A stretch of 52,178 nt of DNA from Candidatus Parvarchaeota archaeon (GTDB lineage: Archaea; Nanobdellota; Nanobdellia; WJKC01). Positions 31,122 through 40,630 of this stretch are shown one piece after another. The position numbers and the translations under genes are program-made. Under the pieces are notes generated by a model. That model did no database searches and was not told where the DNA came from. It saw only the letters and a list, made by a program, of their open reading frames with translations. The stretch's first letter is position 1; each line of letters opens with the position of its first letter. Location of the stretch: NCBI GenBank assembly GCA_030615175.1, contig JAUWZX010000003.1, positions 1 through 52,178 of the forward strand. Reading direction: 5' to 3'.

Positions 31122-32320
31122 TATTTCTTTCTTACTCTTTTATAGTATATTAATATTCCTGAACCTGAGATTAGTATTATCGCCACGAATGCTATCATTA
31201 ATAATAGTGTTGGAGGTAGTATTGGTGGTGCTTCGTAATTACATAATCCGCTAGTGATGTTGCAGCCTTGCTCGCATGGTTCTTGGAAGTAATAGATTAT
31301 TTCACCAGTCATTGAATTGCATCTGCCACTGTAATAATACGTTGAGTCCTCGCATTTTGTGCCTGCGAATTTTATTGGAGTGTTAATGCATGCTAAGTTT
31401 GGATCACATGAGTCCCTAGTGCATAAGTTATTGTCATCGCAATTAACTTGTTGGAAGGTTATTTCTCCTGTGGTTGGATTGCAGGTTGGGTTGTAATTAT
31501 ACATTAAGTTGTCGCAGTAGGGTATTCCTGCTTCATCTATTAGTGTGTAAGTGCATGATGTTCCTACGCATTTATCAATGGTGCAGGGGTTATTGTCTTC
31601 GCATTTAGCGTCAGTATATGATATTTTTTGGGAGTCTGGATTACAGTATGTTTCAGTTCTTAGTATTGTGTTGCTTGCGCAGTAAGATGTTAATGTTATT
31701 CCTACGCAGAGGTCTGGGCAGTCGCTTGGGCAGGTAGAGTATACTTCTCCTGCCTCGCATATTCCATTACCGCAACAGGGTGTTACTGTTATGCATCCTT
31801 TAATGTCATCGCATTCCTCGCAGATTCCACAATCTTGTGTTGACCAATAACTGCATCCCCAATTTATTTTATCATAATAAGGATCAGTGTACCAGTGTGG
31901 ATAATGTTTTCTCGTTAAGTATCCATAATTATCGCATATTGGATTATAGTAGAATTTATTGTTGTAACAGAAGGTTGGGCAGTCAACGTCTTTGCAAGGA
32001 TTAACGCATTTACCATACTCGCACACAACCTCTATTACTCCCCACTCACCTGCGGGTTCCCACTCGCAACTGAATCCGCCTAAGTACTCTTGCCCTGGAC
32101 TCCAGTCGTAAGTGAAGTACGCTTCCACTGCCGCTCCAGTGTCAGCGTCAGGCCAGCATCTTCCAGTGTACCTCGTTATTGTTATTCCTTGTTCTTGAAT
32201 GACTGCTAATGGAATGGGCCTTAACGCTAGTAAGTAAATGATTAATATTGCTACTGGCACGACTATTGCCACAGTTATTAATGCTTTCTGCCTAGTAGTT
32301 AATTTCATCTCATTAATCAC
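31121..32320 (-). CDS. cysteine-rich membrane-anchored protein, paralogous in style to 21432-22793
   Basis: CGNGICEAGE..TCPSDC, CEDNNPCTIDKC, CDDNNLCTRDSC; TM helices at both ends. Confidence 0.8.
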   Translation of the reverse strand: MINEMKLTTRQKALITVAIVVPVAILIIYLLALRPIPLAVIQEQGITITRYTGRCWPDADTGAAVEAYFTYDWSPGQEYLGGFSCEWEPAGEWGVIEVVCEYGKCVNPCKDVDCPTFCYNNKFYYNPICDNYGYLTRKHYPHWYTDPYYDKINWGCSYWSTQDCGICEECDDIKGCITVTPCCGNGICEAGEVYSTCPSDCPDLCVGITLTSYCASNTILRTETYCNPDSQKISYTDAKCEDNNPCTIDKCVGTSCTYTLIDEAGIPYCDNLMYNYNPTCNPTTGEITFQQVNCDDNNLCTRDSCDPNLACINTPIKFAGTKCEDSTYYYSGRCNSMTGEIIYYFQEPCEQGCNITSGLCNYEAPPILPPTLLLMIAFVAIILISGSGILIYYKRVRKK

Positions 32321-32714
32321 GTACTTTATAAATCGATATTATTAAATATGAAATTAATGATATCCCTAAGAATATGTATGTTATAATGTTTAAAACTAAT
32401 GACATTAATAAAGGGGTTATTGTTACCGTGCCTGGTTCATAAGTAATTAAATAAATCTGTGATATTATCATTAATGCGCCAAGCCAAATTGAAATTATTG
32501 CCAAGGATATTACTAAATTATCAATTTTTGAGAATCGTAGTGAAACCATTAAGACCACCATGGCACCAATGGTTAACATCATCACTATATCTCCAACATA
32601 GAATGGCAAGAAGATTATTATGGGCAAATAAACGAACATGAATATAGTGGTTATTATGAATAATGCTTTCTCCCAGTCCTTTAATTCCTTCCATACTTTA
32701 AGAATGCTAGTCAT
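32313..32714 (-). CDS. multi-pass membrane protein
   Basis: Four hydrophobic segments. Confidence 0.65.
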   Translation of the reverse strand: MTSILKVWKELKDWEKALFIITTIFMFVYLPIIIFLPFYVGDIVMMLTIGAMVVLMVSLRFSKIDNLVISLAIISIWLGALMIISQIYLITYEPGTVTITPLLMSLVLNIITYIFLGISLISYLIISIYKVRD

Positions 32715-32756
32715 TACTCTAATTATCTAGTGCTTTGAAGAATTTATAATTTTTGG

Positions 32757-32975
32757 TTACTTTTCTCTTATCTTTTTTACAATGATTACAATAATGGCTA
32801 CCAGTATTATTAATCCAATGAGTATGTACAAGGCATATTGAAGTAATAGGTGGAGAATGCCTTCCACTAAGTCTTCAACAAGGATTTTTATTCCCTCTCC
32901 TAGGCCTGTGCATCCAGATGAAATTACCACTAACAGAATAAGAAAGAAGGGAAAAATATGTTTTTTAATTTCCAT
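32757..32975 (-). CDS. small lipoprotein-like membrane protein
   Basis: ISSGC lipobox-like motif and C-terminal TM helix. Confidence 0.55.
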   Translation of the reverse strand: MEIKKHIFPFFLILLVVISSGCTGLGEGIKILVEDLVEGILHLLLQYALYILIGLIILVAIIVIIVKKIREK

Positions 32976-32977
32976 TA

Positions 32978-33364
32978 TTAATCTTCTCCTAGTGGTTTCC
33001 AGTATTTAATGAATTCCCTGATGGCTTCTTCCCTTACTTTTCTCTTCCTTAATACTTCAGGGCTTGGCAGTAATTTAGTCATGTTCTCCTTGATGTATTC
33101 TGGCGTTCTAGGATTCATTATTAACTTTAGTGCCTCTTCTTGAATCTTTTGCCTTGTCCTTCTAATGGATTCTAGGTCTACCATTTGCTCCCAGTTCTCG
33201 AAGGGTATACGAATATCTATTCCTTGAACTGCTCTAACGTAAACTAATTGAAGCCACCGATCCTCATTCCTTGCTCTCTTATTATTAAGTAATAGGTACC
33301 TAACTCCGTCAGCCACATTGTTGAATTCCCTCTTAACACTGTTAAGCTCTAATTCACTAATCAT
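32978..33364 (-). CDS. hypothetical protein
   Basis: Operon-packed ORF; ESIRRTRQKIQ motif. Confidence 0.65.
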   Translation of the reverse strand: MISELELNSVKREFNNVADGVRYLLLNNKRARNEDRWLQLVYVRAVQGIDIRIPFENWEQMVDLESIRRTRQKIQEEALKLIMNPRTPEYIKENMTKLLPSPEVLRKRKVREEAIREFIKYWKPLGED

Positions 33365-33376
33365 TAAATTAATCCT

Positions 33377-33601
33377 TTATTTTAACTTTTTTAGTTTCCT
33401 GAGTTCTTCTTCTTTTTCTTTTATTAATTCTGCGTTTCTTTCTTCTTTTCTTTTTATTTCCATGTATCTTCTCATTGCGAAGAATACTGTTTCTTCTCCA
33501 TACTTTGAGATCATCTTATCAATTCTTGATGCTATGTATTTGTACTTTTTACGTTTTTTAATTTGATTTTTCTGATACTCAGTTAATTCTTTCTTCTTCA
33601 T
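33377..33601 (-). CDS. small basic hypothetical protein
   Basis: GGAGG ribosome-binding site. Confidence 0.6.
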   Translation of the reverse strand: MKKKELTEYQKNQIKKRKKYKYIASRIDKMISKYGEETVFFAMRRYMEIKRKEERNAELIKEKEEELRKLKKLK

Positions 33602-33626
33602 ATTATCATCCTCCTTTTGTATTTTA

Positions 33627-35339
33627 TCATTCGAAGAACTCCTTGCTTATTATTAATTCATTGCCTTCTATTTCTATTAGTCCATTCCTTCTTAGTTCTG
33701 ATATATAAGTATTGAATGTCCCGCCTGTTGGCGTGAATCCCGTTTCATAGCCTATTTCTTCTTTACTTATTGAGTGCGGGTAGTGTTCATAAATTACTTC
33801 TAGTATTCTTCCAGCTCCTTTTCTGAACTTGGTTTTCCATAATTCTAATAGTTCTCTTCCTGTTGGTATTCTTGGTATTTCATTTACATTTCTTATCCCT
33901 TCTTCAGTTATTGTTAATTCATGCATCCCAGTTATCCATCCATTCCTTTTTAATTCTGAGATGTAAGTGTTAAATGTTCCTCCTTTTACTGAGAAGCCTG
34001 ATAGCGTTGCCAGTCTTTGTTTTGTTAATGTGTTGGCAGCCGCTAACCACCCCAGCATCCTCATTGCTCCAGCCCTTAATGGTTTATCTTCATCGTATAA
34101 TGGTTCTGCTAATTCTTTGCATCTATCCCATGCTTTCTTTACTCTTGGCTCTTCACGTTTTCTCTTTATTTTTTCAATAAATTCTTTTGGGTCACTTACA
34201 ACTAGTGGTGGTGTTGGAGTGATTGGCTTTAATGGTTTTGTTTCAGGTACGCTTACGCAGATAGTTTTTATTCTACCTATTGCCGTCCTTAATTTTCTTA
34301 TTTCTATTTCATATTGTTTTTCTATTTTCTTGTATTGTATTTGTGCTTCCCTTATTCCTTGTTGCTTTACCATGATTAATTGTTTTTCATCAATTCTTGC
34401 TTCCGGTTTTTGTCTTTTAAGTATTGTTAGTTCTCTTTTTAATTGCATTATTTTATTCTTCATATCTTGTTTAGTTCTTAACTCCTCTTCTGATTCTTTT
34501 TCTAAGTCAATTAATTTCTTTAGTATTCTCTTTATGTTCTTTGGCGTTCCTGGCACTACTGTTAATTGTTGCCCTCCGAGTCTTGGATGGGTTGTCTTAA
34601 CTCCTCCAACCTTAAATTTAACTACTTCTTTGCTTATTGCTGGTCCGAAACCGCAGAATTCTCCTGCCCCTAAGTTTCTTAAACCCCTCATTTGCTCTTT
34701 ACTAGTGAATCCGAGAATCTCTGATGCACGTTTCATGTCAACATCTAGTCCTGTGCGCCCTATTAAGATATTATTAGCTTCCGCAGCAGCGTCTTTATTC
34801 AGTTTTGATAATCTTTGGGTGCAAATTATTCCACAGAATCCCCTCTTCCTACCCCTAGTCATTAAGTCAATAACTGAGTTTGATGATTCTGACTTTCCTG
34901 ACTGTGGAGCGAACTGGTGGCATTCATCTATTATTATTAGTGCTGGATGCCATAACTTCTTTGGCGATTCAATTAGTGAATCAAGGAATCTTTTAACGTA
35001 TAATATTCTTTCATGCTTCTTTAATTCTGATACATCAATTATTGTTGAAGTTCTTAATTCAAGTATCTTCCTTGCTAGTAGTTGAGCTGTTCTTATGTTC
35101 GCTGGTATCTCTCCTTCCTTGCCTACGAGTAAGTAATCATATTTCTCTCTTAGTGAGCCGAATTCTCCTTCTAAGTCAATTACTATTTGTTGAACTTTTC
35201 CATGAGTCTGTTCTAATATCCTTCTTATAGTCCATGACTTGCCACCGCCTGAGTTAGCGGTGATTAGCATTCTTGTTTCAATTAAGTTAAGCAGGTTTAT
35301 CTCTAATTTCTCGCCTGTTTTTGTCTTGCCAATAATCAT
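33627..35339 (-). CDS. HerA/FtsK-like (DUF87) ATPase with tandem C-terminal wHTH-like domains
   Basis: ANSGGGKS, IIIDECH, RGRKRG, CTQR; duplicated GGTFNTYISEL.RNG.I. Confidence 0.85.
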   Translation of the reverse strand: MIIGKTKTGEKLEINLLNLIETRMLITANSGGGKSWTIRRILEQTHGKVQQIVIDLEGEFGSLREKYDYLLVGKEGEIPANIRTAQLLARKILELRTSTIIDVSELKKHERILYVKRFLDSLIESPKKLWHPALIIIDECHQFAPQSGKSESSNSVIDLMTRGRKRGFCGIICTQRLSKLNKDAAAEANNILIGRTGLDVDMKRASEILGFTSKEQMRGLRNLGAGEFCGFGPAISKEVVKFKVGGVKTTHPRLGGQQLTVVPGTPKNIKRILKKLIDLEKESEEELRTKQDMKNKIMQLKRELTILKRQKPEARIDEKQLIMVKQQGIREAQIQYKKIEKQYEIEIRKLRTAIGRIKTICVSVPETKPLKPITPTPPLVVSDPKEFIEKIKRKREEPRVKKAWDRCKELAEPLYDEDKPLRAGAMRMLGWLAAANTLTKQRLATLSGFSVKGGTFNTYISELKRNGWITGMHELTITEEGIRNVNEIPRIPTGRELLELWKTKFRKGAGRILEVIYEHYPHSISKEEIGYETGFTPTGGTFNTYISELRRNGLIEIEGNELIISKEFFE

Positions 35340-35467
35340 TTACTCACCTTGAAGTGTTCTTTTAGTATTTCGATTATTGCTTCTTGTAAAGTGTTTAAGT
35401 CTCTTTTTATTTTTTCAAGTTTTAAGTTTTTATTCAATTCTTTTGGTACATCTACTTGTATTAACAT
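35336..35467 (-). CDS. small ribbon-helix-helix-like protein (43 aa; not in ORF track)
   Basis: MLIQVDVPKELNKNLKLEKIKRDLNTLQEAIIEILKEHFKVSK; ATGA overlap with the ATPase start. Confidence 0.6.
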   Translation of the reverse strand: MLIQVDVPKELNKNLKLEKIKRDLNTLQEAIIEILKEHFKVSK

Positions 35468-35517
35468 ATATCTTCGAGTGTTTGGGAATATTCTTAAGTA
35501 TTTAAGTTTTTCTTATC

Positions 35518-35811
35518 TTTGAGGGGCTTCAATCACAAGAGCAATGCATAATGAGGGATTCACTAATCTTGCCAACTAACGATAAAGTATTGTTACAATA
35601 CCCTACCGTTGTGATTGAAGTCCTTTCTCAAACTTTTATTCCCATCAGCAATCCCATTGAAGCCACACCATTTGGTATGGGGGAAATCTTCATTTGGCGT
35701 TACGAGCAAGCAAACAGAGGGTATGAGGAGCCCTCCAATTATCATCTCAATCTTGCTCGTGCTGATTTTGGGAGTGAGCCCGCCACCTTATTTGGTGGCG
35801 GGTGGATTTCA
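35518..35811 (+). ncRNA. highly structured RNA ending in an IS200/IS605/IS607-type right-end hairpin (omega-RNA-like)
   Basis: 15-bp stem 35524-38/35609-23; ACGAGCAAG/CTTGCTCGT; GCCCGCCACC-TTATTT-GGTGGCGGGT then GGATTTCA. Confidence 0.6.
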
Positions 35812-35878
35812 TAACAGGGTACAAAAGGGAGTGTTGATTTTGTCAAACCCTTTTGAGCATGATTTTTATTTACTATTA

Positions 35879-36718
35879 TCATAATCTGTACCTTATGCGT
35901 TTAGTTATTGGTTCTCTGAATCTAGTTATTACTCCTGTTTCTATTAATTCAGGTATTATTCCATGCCTTGCTTCAGTGTAAGGGCTTTTCTCTCCTATTC
36001 GTTTACCAATTATATTGACTAAGTCATCCAGTGAGTATGCTCCTAGTGGTATCTCTATTCTTGGTCGCCACCTAATGCGCTCTGTTATTGGATCCCTGTA
36101 CCTTATCACTCTTCCGGCTTCTCTTAATTCCCTGATCCTTTTATGACTGGCTCTGAAAGGGAATTTATCCTTGATTGCTCTTATGACGATTGATAATAAT
36201 TCATAGTATTCATACTTGCCTACTGGCACGATTACTTCAACTCTTATTTCGAATTCTGCTGTGAACACCATTCTTAAGTCACCGTCATACTGGTTTGAGT
36301 ATATTACGAAAGTTACTTCATAACTGCCAGGGTCTAGCAATCCAAAGCCTGGTTTCGTTACTTCAACGCTTATGTCTTTTACTGAACTCTTCCAATCACT
36401 AACCACTACTTCTTTAATTAATTCTATTTGCTTACCCCATTCCTCTTTAGGTATTCTTTCAGTTAGTTTTGTTTGAACTTCTTTTCTATACCTATTCCTT
36501 GCTGCGCCATAAGACCATGCGCCTGTAAAAAATTGGAGGAAGAATACTTCTGATGCGGCTATTCCTTCATCCCATATTTCATCATCTTCTTTTAATAAAT
36601 CTTTTTCCCTGTCATAAGTGTATATGGGCCTGCCCAACTTCTCTGGCGGTAGGTAGACGCTCTTGCCTTCTTGCTTAAAGGCTGGCGAAATTTCCAATTT
36701 CTTAATCTTAACCGACAT
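35879..36718 (-). CDS. hypothetical protein
   Basis: 279-aa ORF with duplicated R(Y/F)R(D/E)PIT.RIR. Confidence 0.7.
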   Translation of the reverse strand: MSVKIKKLEISPAFKQEGKSVYLPPEKLGRPIYTYDREKDLLKEDDEIWDEGIAASEVFFLQFFTGAWSYGAARNRYRKEVQTKLTERIPKEEWGKQIELIKEVVVSDWKSSVKDISVEVTKPGFGLLDPGSYEVTFVIYSNQYDGDLRMVFTAEFEIRVEVIVPVGKYEYYELLSIVIRAIKDKFPFRASHKRIRELREAGRVIRYRDPITERIRWRPRIEIPLGAYSLDDLVNIIGKRIGEKSPYTEARHGIIPELIETGVITRFREPITKRIRYRL

Positions 36719-36720
36719 AT

Positions 36721-37239
36721 TTATTTACTCACTTCTTTTTTCATTATTTTTATTATCGTTATTCGCTTCTGGCTTGACGACCATCCTAGAACGCTTAACA
36801 CTATGTTTCTTAGATTAATTAATTCTTTCCTCTTGCATAATCTTGACTCTATTGTTTCAACATATTTAGGAGCGCCTTTGCCTGATTTCTTGCTGAATCT
36901 AAGTACCTTGCCAGGTCTTAAGAAGCTAAACTTAACGTACAATGGATCAACTAATCCTCGTTCAAGAAGCCAGAATGACATCAATATTATTTGTTTTTTC
37001 GTGAACTTATAGAATGAATATAAGTGGTAGTGGCCACGACTGCTTCTAATAATGTGCACGTCGCCTATTGCTTTTATATAGTTTTTATTCTTTGAATACC
37101 TATCTTGTAGTTCAATAACTGCTTTTCTTACTTTCCTTAAGTTGATCCCGTCAAGGTCAGCCATAAAGAAGAACTTATTAGTTTTAGGGATTCTGTTACT
37201 GAAACCGCTCAATAAATCAACCTTTCGTGTTTTAGTCAT
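36721..37239 (-). CDS. putative AEP primase-polymerase-like protein
   Basis: FMADLDG (hhhDxD) and RSSRGHYHLY (SxxGxxH-like). Confidence 0.5.
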   Translation of the reverse strand: MTKTRKVDLLSGFSNRIPKTNKFFFMADLDGINLRKVRKAVIELQDRYSKNKNYIKAIGDVHIIRSSRGHYHLYSFYKFTKKQIILMSFWLLERGLVDPLYVKFSFLRPGKVLRFSKKSGKGAPKYVETIESRLCKRKELINLRNIVLSVLGWSSSQKRITIIKIMKKEVSK

Positions 37240-37245
37240 TATTAT

Positions 37246-37434
37246 TTACTCCAATACTTTTTTAATGAATTTAAGCATTAATGTAATGTTATTTATGACT
37301 TTGTTATTGAATTTATTTCTTTCTATGCATTCTTGACAAGTGAAGTCTCCTTTAACACTGTCGTAGTATCCTTCAATTGATTCTCCGTCATAACCGCAAA
37401 CCTTACATTGTATTGTTGGTAGTGATGTAGCCAT
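37246..37434 (-). CDS. zinc-ribbon protein
   Basis: CKVC...CQEC. Confidence 0.55.
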   Translation of the reverse strand: MATSLPTIQCKVCGYDGESIEGYYDSVKGDFTCQECIERNKFNNKVINNITLMLKFIKKVLE

Positions 37435-37559
37435 TTATTTATCAATCCTCCTTTTTTTCATAATATTTATCCTCGCATTTTTTTGAGCAGAAGTATTCAT
37501 TCTCTAATGCATCGCTATTCTTGCGTGAGTAATGTCTTTTACAATTAACGCATTTATCC

Positions 37560-37928
37560 TTATCCTTCACGTAAAAGCCTCCTTTTCTCTTTATGTTTCT
37601 TATTTAATTCTGTTGTGAAAATTGAGATTGTGAGCATGCAATCCTCTGAGAGTACTGTTTCAAATTCAATTGTTCCGAAGAAGCAGTACTTCCTCCATGA
37701 AGGATACCATTTTATTTCTCCTAACTCGCACTCATCTCGTTTTGATATTACTGAATAAACCTTTGTTTTAGGTTTCTCTTCTTTTAATTCAAACCTTAAC
37801 CACTTATCCTCTTTTTCTACGTTTTCATAATAAACGCATTTAAATGCTGTTGGATTGGGGTGATGAAAAGGGCATCTGTTTCTTTTAACACAAGTCTTAC
37901 ATAAATCTTTCACTTTGAATCCTCCCAC
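37560..37928 (-). CDS. hypothetical phage-type protein
   Basis: KPKTKVY...LGEIKWYPSWRKYCF. Confidence 0.65.
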   Translation of the reverse strand: MGGFKVKDLCKTCVKRNRCPFHHPNPTAFKCVYYENVEKEDKWLRFELKEEKPKTKVYSVISKRDECELGEIKWYPSWRKYCFFGTIEFETVLSEDCMLTISIFTTELNKKHKEKRRLLREG

Positions 37929-38275
37929 ACCACTTTATAGAGTGTCCTTTCAGGCCATGACTCAACTTTTCCCAAAAATCTATCAAAAGCGTTCACTTCA
38001 TCCAAGCGCCGGAGCATTTCACGTACTGGCAGGCTCTTTAAATCCTCTAAGGGTAATTCGTCAATGAAAGTGTTAATCTTATCCAATTTCGTCATGGCTT
38101 CATTAATTGGCGTGAGGTCAGGGATGTTAAGTGAGTCTAATCTGCTCTCTAAAGCACTTACTTTCTGCACAGCGAATAATCCCCCAATGACTAAAGACAA
38201 GATTATTAGCCCCAGCTCTAATATGATTAACTCCTTGAAATGCTTATTAATGAATTTAGTGAAGTCGTCAGTCAC
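37910..38275 (-). CDS. membrane-anchored helical protein
   Basis: N-terminal TM helix. Confidence 0.6.
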   Translation of the reverse strand: MTDDFTKFINKHFKELIILELGLIILSLVIGGLFAVQKVSALESRLDSLNIPDLTPINEAMTKLDKINTFIDELPLEDLKSLPVREMLRRLDEVNAFDRFLGKVESWPERTLYKVVWEDSK

Positions 38276-38705
38276 GAGAGTTCAACTCTTTTAATGATAC
38301 TTTCAAAACTTTTAATGGAAAACCCATACATCGTTCACAAATTGGAGTCCAACCAACCCTGCAACCAACAGCCACAGCACCACAATAAACACATTTACCT
38401 TTAGTTAAACTTAATGAAGTTGAAACTAATTCCTGAAAATGTTTTTTAACCCTTCGCTTGTATTCTTCATAACTCTTAATTATAACCATCTCGCCATTAC
38501 TTCTACGCATATCCTTATCAATTAGAGAAGCAACCCCATCCAATTCAGGTTTTAATTCTTGTAACTTAATGAAATGCTCCATGCAGAAAGGCAACATTTG
38601 AATTCCTACATTCATATACATCTCTTGTTTATGATTACAATCTGCAATACTGCATTTTGCTTTCTTCATTAGTTCTAATTTACGATTAAGTTCTTTTCCA
38701 CTCAT
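38268..38705 (-). CDS. zinc-finger hypothetical protein
   Basis: CSIADC...CMEH; CVYC...CERC. Confidence 0.6.
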   Translation of the reverse strand: MSGKELNRKLELMKKAKCSIADCNHKQEMYMNVGIQMLPFCMEHFIKLQELKPELDGVASLIDKDMRRSNGEMVIIKSYEEYKRRVKKHFQELVSTSLSLTKGKCVYCGAVAVGCRVGWTPICERCMGFPLKVLKVSLKELNSRD

Positions 38706-39382
38706 TTAATCACTTCACAAACAACAATTACACGTTGCATTAAACCGGCAGGTAATAACCAATCAAATAAAGTAGTTACTGGGGATAAACCAAAAGGTAA
38801 AGGAAAACTGAAACCAGAGCCATAAGTACCCAATAACTTAAAGCCACTATCTTTAACTAACTTTTCAAGCAAACGCTTATTATACAACCGTACATGCTCT
38901 GAGTGCTGAGAATAAGCCTGCATGTGACCGGCCAATACTAATAACTTATCCCTAAAACTGGTGCAATTAGGAGTAGTCATTACGAACACGCCGCCACTCT
39001 TTAACACTCGCTTAACCTCGCTCATAGCCCTCAAAGGCTCAAGAATATGCTCTATAACCTCGCTCATGTGAGCTATATCGAATGAATTATCAGGGAATGG
39101 CAACTCGTAAGCATTACCTTCCTTAACAGTTAATCCTTTACTCTTGGCAATCCTTAAAGCGTTAGTGCATAAGTCAACGCCCACCACTTCATTACTTTTA
39201 GCTAACTCCATGGTTAAGGTTCCTTCACTGCAACCAATGTCTATTATCTTACCTTTCATTTTACTAATAATCCTTACCTGCCTGGCAGCCAACTTCATGT
39301 CTAACTCAGTTACTTTTAATCCGTCTTCATATCCTCTTCTCTGTATTCTAACATTCTCAGCCTCGAGTGATTCATTAACCAC
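38702..39382 (-). CDS. class I SAM-dependent methyltransferase
   Basis: IDIGCSEG, GVD, LPFPDNSFD, EVIEH, RVLKSGG. Confidence 0.9.
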   Translation of the reverse strand: MVNESLEAENVRIQRRGYEDGLKVTELDMKLAARQVRIISKMKGKIIDIGCSEGTLTMELAKSNEVVGVDLCTNALRIAKSKGLTVKEGNAYELPFPDNSFDIAHMSEVIEHILEPLRAMSEVKRVLKSGGVFVMTTPNCTSFRDKLLVLAGHMQAYSQHSEHVRLYNKRLLEKLVKDSGFKLLGTYGSGFSFPLPFGLSPVTTLFDWLLPAGLMQRVIVVCEVIK

Positions 39383-39636
39383 TAGGGCTTCAACTTCTTC
39401 TTTAAATCTCTCTTATAAACCGCCCTAACGTGCTCATTTAATTGTTCTAATTCCTTAACTCTTGTTATGAGTTGTTCATTTTCTTTAATTAACTTGACTT
39501 CATTTTCAGAAACTATTAATTCATCTAAAGGGTCTTTATATCCTCTAATCTTCTGTTTTAATTTATTTGAAATACTTATTATCCTATCAATATCTCTAAT
39601 TATATAATTTACTTGTTCAATTGTTAGTTTAACCAT
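39382..39636 (-). CDS. hypothetical coiled-coil protein
   Basis: Stop/start overlap packing. Confidence 0.55.
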   Translation of the reverse strand: MVKLTIEQVNYIIRDIDRIISISNKLKQKIRGYKDPLDELIVSENEVKLIKENEQLITRVKELEQLNEHVRAVYKRDLKKKLKP

Positions 39637-39899
39637 TAGGGATTCAACTCCTTCTCTAACTTATTCCATTCCCTAACAAAAATATTATTAGTGTATTCAT
39701 CCCAAACTCCAAATGCCATCTTTAATTGATTTTTATACTTCTCTTTAACTTTTTCAATTAATTCACGCCGAGCACCAGCACAATTAGTACATAAACCCAC
39801 TCTTCTACTGACCATACTAAGCATTTTATGTTTACAACAAGAACACCTATCTTCAACCAAAATCATTGAATGTCTTTTAAGTTCTTTTCCCTTAGTCAC
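39636..39899 (-). CDS. zinc-finger hypothetical protein
   Basis: CSCC...CTNC. Confidence 0.55.
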   Translation of the reverse strand: MTKGKELKRHSMILVEDRCSCCKHKMLSMVSRRVGLCTNCAGARRELIEKVKEKYKNQLKMAFGVWDEYTNNIFVREWNKLEKELNP

Positions 39900-40140
39900 T
39901 TAGAATCACCTTGTAATTATTTTTATCAATTAATTCAAATTTGAAATGCAATCCAAATCTCTTACAGAAGTCCATAATCTGCTTAACTTTATGTTTGCCA
40001 ATCATGTAAGAACAATTAATTACTTCAATTCTGAATTCATCATCTTGCCATATTATCTTAGGATTACTATACTCATTTTCTTCTTTATATTTATAATAAA
40101 TTTTCTTCCATTTACTAAAAGTCCATTTAGCAACACTCAT
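39892..40140 (-). CDS. hypothetical protein
   Basis: Operon packing. Confidence 0.55.
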   Translation of the reverse strand: MSVAKWTFSKWKKIYYKYKEENEYSNPKIIWQDDEFRIEVINCSYMIGKHKVKQIMDFCKRFGLHFKFELIDKNNYKVILSD

Positions 40141-40294
40141 GTCTTGAACACTTCCTTTTCCCTTACTACTTTGAAGTTCTTTTTAAGTATGCCGAGCATT
40201 AATTTCTTGTCTTCTTCTTTCATTCGGACCTTGATGCGTTTATCACTATGCTTCTCTGCTAATAATAATTCAACCTGTATTATCTTTAACTCAA

Positions 40295-40630
40295 TCATTT
40301 CTTAATCACTCCGTTCATCATTTTCTCTCCTAACGCCTTCTTTATCATTGTGTAATCCTCAGTGGTTAGTCCTAGTTTACTGAGGGCTAGCATCCTAGAG
40401 GGGCAGTTCTTTGTTGGTGAGCAGCAGAAGATTAGGCACTTGGGGTCTAGTAGTGGCAGGCTACCACATACTTGTCGATTAATCCAATCCCTCATAGGGA
40501 TAAGAGTTATCTTATTAATTAATTCTTTATGCACTTGTTTCGCTAGTTCTTTACTGCCTGAGTTAAATAAGTCAATGTAAGCATTTAATAACCCTTCAAA
40601 CTCAAGTTTTTCTTTATCCTCTTTAACCAT
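40295..40630 (-). CDS. Cys-cluster protein resembling the methanogenesis marker 9 domain
   Basis: LIFCCSPTKNCP...ALSKLGLTTEDYTMIKK. Confidence 0.45.
   Translation of the reverse strand: MVKEDKEKLEFEGLLNAYIDLFNSGSKELAKQVHKELINKITLIPMRDWINRQVCGSLPLLDPKCLIFCCSPTKNCPSRMLALSKLGLTTEDYTMIKKALGEKMMNGVIKK

Noticed and set aside
33860..33920. Partial match of the decoded NN pattern (AT AC GA GA GG = ITEEG) to the HerA-like gene
   Set aside because: Only five consecutive dinucleotides match; flanking ones do not in register, and ITEEG is a common wing motif, so probably chance.
33967..35085. 372-aa plus-strand ORF
   Set aside because: Antisense shadow of the HerA-like ATPase with an unnatural F/S/L-rich composition; the other short plus-strand shadow ORFs were rejected likewise.
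35551..35814. 87-aa ORF over the structured RNA
   Set aside because: No domain motifs; only its tail (EPATLFGGG) resembles TnpB read-through of a right-end hairpin.
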